From Phaeosaccion multiseriatum (taxonomy: Eukaryota > Protista > Ochrophyta, other classes): DNA of 64,000 bases. Position numbers and translations under genes: made by a program. Shown in pieces: positions 39,101 through 48,333 of the stretch. The stretch spans positions 2,790,001 through 2,854,000 of the forward strand of contig OZ218957.1 in the NCBI GenBank assembly GCA_965112735.1, given 5' to 3'. Each line of letters opens with the position of its first letter. The first letter of the stretch is position 1. The notes below the pieces were generated by a model. The model saw only the letters and a program-made list of their open reading frames with translations, was not told the origin of the DNA and made no database searches.

Positions 39101-42100
39101 CGGTAGGCCCCGAAGCCGTAGCTCACAGGCGCTGAGCTGCTGCTGCTGCTGGTGCTGACAGTAGTTGTTGCTGGGGGGGTGGAAGGGTTGAATCCAAAGC
39201 CGGAAGAAGCGGAAGTCGGTGGTGGGGGTGATGCCATTCCTCCTCCGGGGCTGCCGCTGCGGTGGTCACCCCACGGAGCGTAGCTCTTACCCGCCCCTCC
39301 TGCGCTGCCAGCTGCTGCTGCTGCGCCACTTGCGCTTGCTCCTGCTCCTGCTCCGCCAACGGGAGTGTAGCTGACAGCGGGGGGAGGCGGTGCTGACACA
39401 GGTGCTGATTTGATCGAAACGGTGCTGGTGCTGGTGGTACCCGTGCTGCTGGTGGTGCTGGTGGAGTGGTCACCGCCGAAACGGGCATAGCTCCTCGCCA
39501 TGTCTCCCGCACTGCTCTGGTAGGCGCCGATGGGAGGAGAAGGGGGGCTCACCGGAGCCGGGGGCGCTGGAGACACGGGGGCGGAGGGTTCCACTTCCAC
39601 TCGGCCAGGGCTGCTGCTCCGATGATCTCCTCCGAAGCGCGAGTAGCTCTTGCCGGTAGGAGCGCCGTTGCTCGAGGGTGCAGCTGCTGCTGGCTGCTGG
39701 TGATGAAGCGGTGGTGCCACACCTCCGGAGCTGGCGCGGCTGTCCTTGTAAGGAGAGTAGCTGGTCACGGGCGCCGTGGCTGGAGGCGCTTGCTGCTGCT
39801 GGGGTGGCGGTGCCTGCGGTCGTGGCGGGGCTTGAGGTCGTGGTGCGCGTACCGCAGGCGTGATGCCTGAAACGGTGCCGAAGTCTCCAAAGGCGGGTTG
39901 GCTGCGAGTACGGCTCGAAGACGACTGATTTCCGCTGCCGGCGTTGTTGGCGCCACGGTCATCACCAAAGAAGGCGTTGCGCGTCAAGACCTTGTTGTGG
40001 GAGGTGCGGTAGGCGCCGAAGGAGGAGTAGCTCCTGACGATGACGGGCGGCTCGCCCGAGGGAGGGCCGGAGCGGTAGTCACCGAATCGTGAGTAGCTCT
40101 TGCTTGCAGGAGGGGCGGGCGCGGGGGCGACAGGTGCCGTGGTGGGTGTGCTGCCTCCTGCTCCGCTGTCGCGATTGAATCCGAAGGGCGGGGGTGAGCT
40201 GCTCGCTGGTGCCGCCGGTGGTGGCGGTGGCGGTGAGGACGACGATACCGGGCGGCTGTAGTCACCGAAGCGACTGTAGCTCTTCTTGGCAGGAGGAGAT
40301 GCGGGTGGTGGGGCTTGCGCCTGGGGGGGGGGCGGGGGAGGGGGCGCTGCTCTTCCTGCTGGTGGTGGTGGTGGGGGCGCTCTCGCTCCTCCTCCTCCTC
40401 CGGGGCTGCTGCGGTAGTCGCCGAAGCGGCTGTAGCTCTTGGGAGGTGGGCTAGGTGCTTGGGCTGGGGGCATCGGTGGTGCTCCTGCTGCTGACGCGCC
40501 CTGAGGAGCGGCGTTACCACCGCCGAAGAAGGCGCCGGAGCCGACGGGAGGACGTTGAACAGGTGCTGCCCTGACGGGTGCCGCAGGTCGAGCTTGAGGT
40601 GGGGGCGGAGGCCTTGCGGCAGGGGGGGCTTGGGGTCGTGCAGATGAGCCGGTGGGGCCGCGGTAGGCTCCGAAGGGAGAATAGCTCTTGCGCCCCTGCT
40701 GCTGCTGCTGCTGCTGCTGTTGCTGTTGCTGCTGCTGTTGCTGTGCTGCCCGCTGCTGTTGCTGCATTGCTGCTGCTGCTGCTGCCTGTGCCTGGCCTCC
40801 CTGCTGGGGTGGCCTTGCTACCTGTCCTCCCTGCTGGGGCGGCTGCTGCTGCATGCGTGCTTGTGGCGGTTGGGGGGCGCCGGGGGGGGCTCTGGGGGGG
40901 GCGTTGGCGGCCGCAGCCTGCCTGAGCTGCTGCTGCTGCCGCTCCAGCTGCTGCTGCTGCTGAAGCACCAACTGCTGCTGCTCCTGGTAACTGCTCTCGG
41001 TGTCGAACTGAGGAGTGGGGAAAGAGTGGAGGTGGGGTGGGGAGGGGAGGGGAGGGAGGGCAGGAGAGGAGAGGACGGAGAGGGTGAGTGAAATTGGTAT
41101 TCGACGTTTCGTTCGCGCGTGGAGCACGGTGTACATGCACAAACACGCACGCGCACTACACAAGCCGCTCGACATTTACGTCATAAATCGAGGCAAGCAG
41201 GAAGTCATGGCAGAAGGAGGAGGGCATGCGCACCCACACACACACAGAGACAGAGGCTGACAAGTGCAGGAGGAGTAGAGTATGCATGCACACACACACA
41301 CAGAGACAGAGAGAGACGGAGGTTGACAAGTGCAGGAGGAGTAGAGTATGCATGCACACACACACACACACATGTAACACAAGAGAAATAGCCCCCCTTG
41401 CATTGCGTGCACTCCTCCTTCTGCACTCCTCCTTGCCTCAACATGACGTCCAAGAGCAGAAGGAAGAGGACACGCACGCACACACACACACACGCAACAC
41501 GAGAGACAAAAGGAATAGATCCCCCCGCTTGTGTGGCATGTGTGTGTGTGTAAATGTGCATGCCCTCCTCCTCCTGCCCCACCCACGCATCATGTCGGAG
41601 AGCGCAGAAGGGAGGTGCAGCCAGCCCAACCCAACCCAACCGCCATCACATCTCAACCCCCTCCCTCCTCAGTGTACTAACCTTTGATGCTTGCTGTGCG
41701 GCGAAGAGGGCCACAGCCCCGGCTCCTACACCGAGCTCCACCTTGTTGTCCTCAACGAACGCGCCCACGTCGCCACCTCCGGCGTCCTTCCACACCTTCT
41801 GGATGGTGGTGGAGAACATGGTATTGATCTCGTCACTGCCATCGCCAACCTGCTGCATTGCCTTACTGCCTGCTTGCTGCACCGCCTCGCTGCCTGCTTG
41901 CATGGCGTCGCTGCCTGCTTCCTGCATGTACTCGGTGCCTGCTTCCTGCATAGCCTCGCTGCCTGCCTGCATGGCGTCGGTGCCGGCTTGCTGCATGGCC
42001 TGTGTCGTCTGCTGCACGGCCTCTGTGGCTGCTGAAGTCGCTGACCCGGCACTCTGCATCGCATCTACCGCTACGTCCGCCGACTGCGTCTGCACCACAT

Positions 42101-43322
42101 CCACTACTGCCTCCACCGTCTCTGTAACGGCGGGGACGGCGTTGCTTGCTGCTGCTGTTACTGCTGTCACCGCATTTACCGCTGCCTCGGCCACCTCTGG
42201 GATGGCGTCGGGAGGAGGCGCTGAGGAGGCCGCTGTTGACGCTGCTGCTGCTGCCGCCGCTGCCGCCGCTGCTGCTCCTGCTGCTACTGCTGGAACACTG
42301 GAGGGCTTCTTGGGCTCCAACACCACACCGTACGGAGTTGTACCCCCCACTGCTTTCTCGAACATTACCTCCTTCAGCTTGGGTTCTCGCGGACCCGGTG
42401 CAGGTGCCTCGACCACCTTGGCCGGGACAGGGGCAGGCTCAGGCTTTGGCACAGGCGCAGGCGCCTCCACCTTCTTGACCTGCTGCACCTCCGGCTCTGC
42501 TGCCGTTGTAGGAGCGGCCGCCTTTGCTGGAGGCACAGTCAGAGGCAAGCCGGAAGAGTGATGATCCACCACGGCCCAGCCCGAGTCCATGAGCGGATCT
42601 TGCCGGTAGGTGAAGCTGTACCGCGCGTCCCCCACCGTGCGATCTGTTTCGCCAGGGGACACCCACGAGTAGGAGTAGTAGCCCGTGTTGATGGCCACCG
42701 TGTTGGTAATCATGCGCGCATTTGGCCGGTTGTTGGACAGCTGCAGCTCGGGCAGCTTGGCAAAGAAGGTCAAGTAGTCCAAAATCTCCTTGGGCGTGGT
42801 GCGCATCTCCTCCGGGCCCCACAGCACCGCATCCTTCCCATACAACTTGGCCGCCTGCTGAGCAGCGTCCTTCTCCCCCGACCCCAGCGTCCTCAACCAT
42901 TCGTCCGTGGCAGACAGCACGCCATCCAGCTTGGTGGGGGCCGGCGCTGCGGCTGTCCCTTCCTCCCCCCCCTCCTCTGCACGTGCCGCGGCTGCTTGCA
43001 GTCCCGCCATGCCCGCAAATGCGGCCGCCGCTGCCCCCCGCACGCTAAGTTCAAACGCCTCCAGCACCGACTCCCTAGTCACGCTACCCCCCCCCCTGGC
43101 GGCCATCTCCGCCGCGCTCTCTGACTCCCATACCTCCCTCCCCGTCCCCTTGAGCACTCCCGGTGTTCCCTGCTGCGAGCGCGTACTGCCAGACACCAAC
43201 CGCCCTCGAAAAGGAGCTCCAGACACTAAACGAGAGGTGGGCAACTGAAAGGCTTGCACACTACTTGTGCCGGCGAAGCCCGCCACCGCGGCAAAGCCGC
43301 AGCAGTAGCTAGGCACCCTCAT
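30157..43322 (-). CDS. Giant (~4160 aa) plastid-targeted iota-carbonic-anhydrase-domain / YGFGAYR-repeat protein; exons 41682..43322 and 30157..41007
   Basis: Donor AAG|gttagt at 41682/41681 and acceptor ccccactcctcag|TTC at 41008/41007 are both phase 0. Signal peptide plus VQA|FQL. COG4875-like domain (LYGKDAVLW..R.TP.EI.DY..FF..INTGYYSY..ARYSFTY..WAVVDHHSSGLP). The 10.85-kb second exon is uninterrupted and has ~50 [YF]GFGAYR motifs. Confidence 0.8.
32870..35000 (-). repeat. Near-perfect 534-bp (178-aa) coding tandem repeat, ~3.5-4 units, inside the giant exon
   Basis: Sequence at 33301 recurs at 33835. Alternative-frame ORFs at 33345, 33879 and 34413 are offset by exactly 534, and the first two translate identically. 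Confidence 0.9.
42545..42930 (-). other. Iota-class carbonic anhydrase-like (SnoaL/CaMKII association-domain fold) domain within the giant gene
   Basis: Diagnostic ARYSFTY and HHSSxxP motifs of COG4875/LCIP63-type proteins. Confidence 0.82.
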
Positions 43323-43770
43323 GCTCTACAGCGGAGGAGTGTGTGGTTCCCGGATCCCCGTTTTGTATGAACAGCAAGGAAATCAGTTTTAACGTGCAAA
43401 AACTGAAATTGACTTCAAATTGCAGGGCAAATTGCAGGGCAGATGGCTTTTTCGATCCTTTTTGGGGGGCAAGCTGTTTTAAGACGCACTTGCGACGGTA
43501 ATTTATTTTGAGTCTCCACTTGGAGCTTGCTGTTGCTCGCAGCCCTTTGTCTTCGCGAACTGTTGGAGTTGCTCCTTGAACGGTTGGCTGAGGGTCAGGG
43601 GGGCCATGGTGAGCGATGGGGCCTGGGTGGTCGCAGGGCAATAACAGTCGACCTCTGACGTGCAATCCGCTTCGGTGCATCTATCTGCTATCGTCGGTGC
43701 AGCTGGCGTGCTATCTGCCATCGGCCGGCGGCCGATAGCATGCGTATCGAGAATGTGGTCGGCTAGAAGT

Positions 43771-43977
43771 GGCGAACGACGCTTCCCCCTCTTGTGGCGG
43801 CAGTCGCAGCACGCGTGGCGGCTCTGGCGCCGTTGCAGGGGCCAGTACAGCACCTCTCTGCGCTCCATTCATCCCCAAGGGGGCCACACCTGGAGAGGGA
43901 GGGACAGGATACACGAGGAGGGGGGCAAGGGGTCGATGAGGGTAGGCGAGGCAAGGAGAATGGGCATTGACCTCGCC
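43771..43977 (-). repeat. Dispersed ~205-bp element, copy A (inverted relative to copy B at 62398..62609)
   Basis: Its reverse complement aligns closely by eye with 62398..62609 (caatgcccattctccttgcct...ccctccctctccaggtgtggcccccttggggatgaatggagcgca...gcgtcgttcgcc). Confidence 0.9.
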
Positions 43978-46063
43978 CCCAGACAAACACTGACAAGAAA
44001 CACACAAACACACACACGACAAATAAACACACAGGTACAGACACCACGCATTTGCACAGCCCGCGCGCACACACACACACACACGCGGGGCGCGGCACTT
44101 GTCTCACTTACCCTTGCACACACGCGCGCGGCACTTGCCTCACTTACCCTTAAAGAGCTCCGCCCGATTGAGAGCAGCACCGTGGACTTGACAGCACACA
44201 TGGTCCAAGGCGTTGCGCCGTCTCCATTACCGCCCGTCCCATCGACGGCAGAGTGCACGTGTGTGGCAGAGAGGAGAACATCCTGCAAAGAGGAGAGGGC
44301 AGTTTGCCCACCATAGTCCACCGCGCCTCGTCTGCAGACTCTCTCCCACTCTTTGCTTGCTCATGGTGCTCATGGTCGCTGCAACCAAGTCGATACCGTG
44401 ATAGCTCACTATCTCCGCCAGAGGCAGGGCCTTGCCGCAAGCCTCACGCGTCTCGATACTCCGGCACTTGCACCACCTCTTTGACGCCAAGTCCGGTTAG
44501 TCGAGCGTAGCATAGCCTCGGGGGGGGGCGAGCTGGAGCCTTCTCGCCACCCTCCTTTCGGTCCCGCCCCCTCCCCCTTTACGCCCTGTGAAGCGATGGC
44601 GCTGCCCGCTGACATTCAGATAGGGCTGCTGAGATGTTTATTGAAACCTCGGGGAAGGGAGTGAATGGGGCGTTCTTCCTCCTCCATTTTTCCCTATTCT
44701 TCCTTAAATGAGGGACGGTCGGAGGACTGAGAAAAGGAAGGACAGTAGAGGGAAAAGGAGAAGCAGCAGTACAGGACCACCTCAGAAAGGTAGAGTACTT
44801 CGGGGGGGGGGGGGAGTGTATACTAACCTCCTGCACCAGTCTTCTTGTGACTTGTTATTTTCAAATTTCAAATACACATCACCAGCTGGTGATCTTGAGA
44901 CGTTGGTGATTCGCTCACACAGCGTTACTTTTGGACAACCATAGATGGCATTAGGAGTGCGATCCATCTTCGCGCGGGAGATTTGGCGTAGGACACTCGC
45001 AGGCACTCACTGCGTCCCTTTGCTTCGCTCGGAGGAGATTGGCGTGTCTTTGGAATAAACCCAGGGGCGGTCATCAGTGGATATTGCTGTTAGGCAGCAC
45101 AGATGGCACCAAACCAAAGGGTGAAGGGTGAAGGAGCAGGATGGCACCAAATGAATCCACACACCCCTCTTCTCTTCGTGCGAAGTATGCTGGACCAAAG
45201 GAGCTCTGTCCTGTCCCCGCTCCTTTCTGCCCTCCCCTTCTGACGCGGCACAAAAAGCCTTGGCACTCTTCCATCACCATGACTTCACTTCACTTCAGTG
45301 CACTTCGTGCCATCCATGCCAAGCTGCCGGAGCACTCTCATCTGTTCCCAAAATACCACAGCCCTGCTGCTCTGGCTGCTGCTGCTGCTGCTGCTCGAGA
45401 GCGGCCACACAGTAAAGTGAAACGCTCACTGAGCGACAGCCCCTCCCTCCCTCCCTCCCTTACTCACTCACTCACCCTCTCCTCTTTCTTCAAAATTGTG
45501 CGCAGCCCCCACCGCCCGCCCCGCCGCGCCTCCCTCCTGTACAATATTGCAAGACAGGGCGTTATCCTCACTCCTGTCTGTGTGTCTGCCTGTCCACCTG
45601 TGTGTGTGTGGCGTGGTGTTGTCTGGCTGGCCACCTCCTCGTCAACAGAGGGAAGGTCGCGCCAAATGCGCAAAGCGGGTGGGGAAGACAGGCGGGTACG
45701 GTATACCACCAGTGGCAGCAATCCGCGGTGGCACTGGTCCATCTCCCTCCCTCCCTCCCTCTTTCTCTCTCTCCCTCTCTGAAATGGAAGGAAGGCTACG
45801 GAGGCCTACAGACCACATTCTTGGCTCCGCACCGTGCCTCTTCTAACCACAACTCTCTCTCTCTCTTGTCCCTTTCGTTCCCACTCCCCTCTTCATATGC
45901 CTCTCGTCTCCCTTTCCCCTCACAACCACACCCCCAACCCAAGTCCCCCATATGCCTACGCCGCCCCGCTTTGGCAGTCTCTTCTTCGCTCTGCCATACC
46001 TCTCTCCCTCCCTCTCTTCCTCTCCTCTGCCCCATCCACTGCCATCCCCTCTCTGTCTGTCTC

Positions 46064-48299
46064 TCAGCCCTGCATCTGTGCATACTCCTTGAGAATGCTG
46101 CTGGCAATGACCAGATGCTGCACCTCGGATGTGCCCTCGTATATCTGACAGTAGAGACATATAGGGAGAGAAGAGGCGTATGGGTGGGGAGGGTAGGGGA
46201 GGGAGAGTACAGGCGTATGGGTGGGGAGGGCAGAGGAGAGAGAGTAGAGGCGTATGGGTGGGGAGGGTAGAGGAGAGTGAGTAGAGGCGTATGGGTGGGG
46301 AGGGTAGAGGAGAGAGTAGAGGCGTATGGGTGGGGAGGGTAGAGGAGAGAGTGAGTACAGGCGTATGGGTGGGGAGGGTAGAGGAGAGAGAGTAGAGGCG
46401 TATGGGTGGGGAGGGCAGAGGAGAGAGAGAGTAGAGGCGTATGGGTGGGGAGGGTAGAGAAGAGAGAGAGTAGAGGCGTATGGGTGGGGAGGGCAGAGGA
46501 GAGAGTAGAGGCGTATGGGTGGGGAGGGCAGAGGAGAGAGAGAGTAGAGGCGTATGGGTGGGGAGGGTAGAGGAGAGAGAGTAGAGGCGTATGGGTGTGG
46601 AGGGCAGAGGAGAGAGAGTAGAGGCGTATGGGTGGGGAGGGTAGAGGAGAGAGAGTAGAGGCGTATGGGTGGGGAGGGTAGAGGAGAGTGAGTAGAGGCG
46701 TATGGGTGGGGAGGGTAGAGGAGAGAGAGTAGAGGCGTATGGGTGGGGAGGGTAGAGGAGAGAGAGTAGAGGCGTATGGGTGTGGAGGGCAGAGGAGAGA
46801 GAGTAGAGGCGTATGGGTGGGGAGGGTAGAGGAGAGAGAGTAGAGGCGTATGGGTGGGGAGGGTAGAGGAGAGTGAGTAGAGGCGTATGGGTGGGGAGGG
46901 TAGAGGAGAGAGAGTAGAGGCGTATGGGTGGGGAGGGTAGAGGAGAGAGAGAGTACAGGCGTATGGGTGGGGAGGGTAGGGGAGGGAGAGTAGAGGCGTA
47001 TGGGTGGGGAGGGTAGAGGAGAGAGAGGAGAGGCGTATGGGTAGGGAGGGCAGAGGAGAGAGAGTAGAAGCGTATGGGTGGGGAGGGCAGAGGAGAGAGA
47101 GAGTAGAGGCGTATGGGTGGGGAGGGTAGAGGAGAGAGAGAGTAGAGGCGTATGGGTGGGGAGGGTAGAGGAGAGAGAGAGTAGAGGCGTATGGGTGGGG
47201 AGGGAAGAGGAGAGAGTAGAGGCGTATGGGTGGGGAGGGCAGAGGAGAGAGAGTAGAGGCGTATGGGTGGGGAGAGCAGAGGAGAGAGAGAGTAGAGGCG
47301 TATGGGTGGGGAGGGTAGAGGAGAGAGAGAGAGTAGAGGCGTATGGGTGGGGAGGGCAGAGGAGAGAGAGTAGAGGCGTATGGGTGGGGAGGGCAGAGGA
47401 GAGAGAGTAGAGGCGTATGGGTGGGGAGGGTAGAGAAGAGAGAGTAGAGGCGTAAGGGTGGGGAGGGCAGAGGAGAGAGAGTAGAGGCGTATGGGTGGGG
47501 AGGGTAGAGAAGAGAGAGAGTAGAGGCGTAAGGGTGGGGAGGGCAGAGGAGAGAGAGTAGAGGCGTATGGGTGGGGAGGGTAGAGAAGAGAGAGAGAGTA
47601 GAGGCGTATGGGTGGGGAGGGTAGAGGAGAGAGCGTAGAGGCGTACGGTGAGGATCAGGAGAAGCGGCACGGCACGGCTCGCATGAGAGGTGCAAAACGC
47701 AGTAAGAGTCGGGGAGAGACGAGGGAGGCCTGATTGGGTGTACCTCAGTAAACCCCACAAACTACACACGCAGCAGGCAAGGCCCCAACGGTTACCATCA
47801 CTTCGGAGGTTCCAACAGAGAGCGCATCAGGTGACGGAGAGGCGCAGATGCGAACCGCTTCCCTCTCATTCTCCTCTCCCCTCCACTCCCTTCCTTTGTC
47901 ATCTCTCCTCCCCTCCCCTCTCTCCTGTCCTCTCCTCTCTGCAGTAACGTACCTCTGTAATTCGAGCGTCGCGGTAGTGCCTCTCCGCCGGCATCTCAGT
48001 CACGTAACCCTGTGGGATGGGGTGAAAGGGTGTGCGATGGTGTGTAAACAAGTGTGCACAAGGTACAGCAGTGGTAGTGGGGTGGAAACGGTGTGTCGCG
48101 GTGATACACTAAGAGGGTGTAGGCGTTGAGATATTGTACAGGGCCCCTCCCTCCCTCCCTCCCTCCCTCCCTGATCCTCTCCCAAAGCCAACGCACCATT
48201 CCCCCCAGGACTTGTATGGCTTGGTGCGAGCAGAACGTAGCGGCCTGCAAAGAAGAACGAAGCGATTCACAGAGACCAAGACGCAGCAGTAGTAGGAGT

Positions 48300-48333
<34 letters not shown>

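Noticed and set aside
30465-40963. Many alternative-frame and antisense ORFs over the giant exon
   Set aside because: Shadows of a GC-rich repetitive coding sequence.
30157-41007. FG-nucleoporin or secreted mucin/adhesin interpretation of the GFG-rich repeats
   Set aside because: Disfavoured rather than excluded. The in-frame upstream exon supplies a signal + A|F plastid presequence and a CA domain, and the invariant unit is Tyr/Arg-containing GAYR rather than FxFG/GLFG.
41008-41175. The ORF-track start (MSSGLCSARAC...) as the real N-terminus of the 3672-aa ORF
   Set aside because: These 56 codons are pyrimidine-rich intron sequence ending in a clean cag acceptor that is in phase with the upstream exon's donor.
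43656-43661. TGACGT (diatom CO2/cAMP-responsive element-like) upstream of the giant gene, and TGATGTCA at 62039 upstream of LCIB
   Set aside because: Single 6-8-mers are expected by chance, so there is no support without clustering or conservation.
46171-47645. CRISPR-like or telomeric array
   Set aside because: The units are contiguous with no unique spacers, there are no cas genes, the context is a eukaryotic intron, and the unit is not a telomere repeat.
45796-47769. 657-aa and 564-aa ORFs ([10 protein letters not shown] / YPPHPYAST repeats)
   Set aside because: Translations of a stop-free intronic minisatellite; unit lengths are not multiples of three. Only the last ~27 codons are the real ACADS exon.
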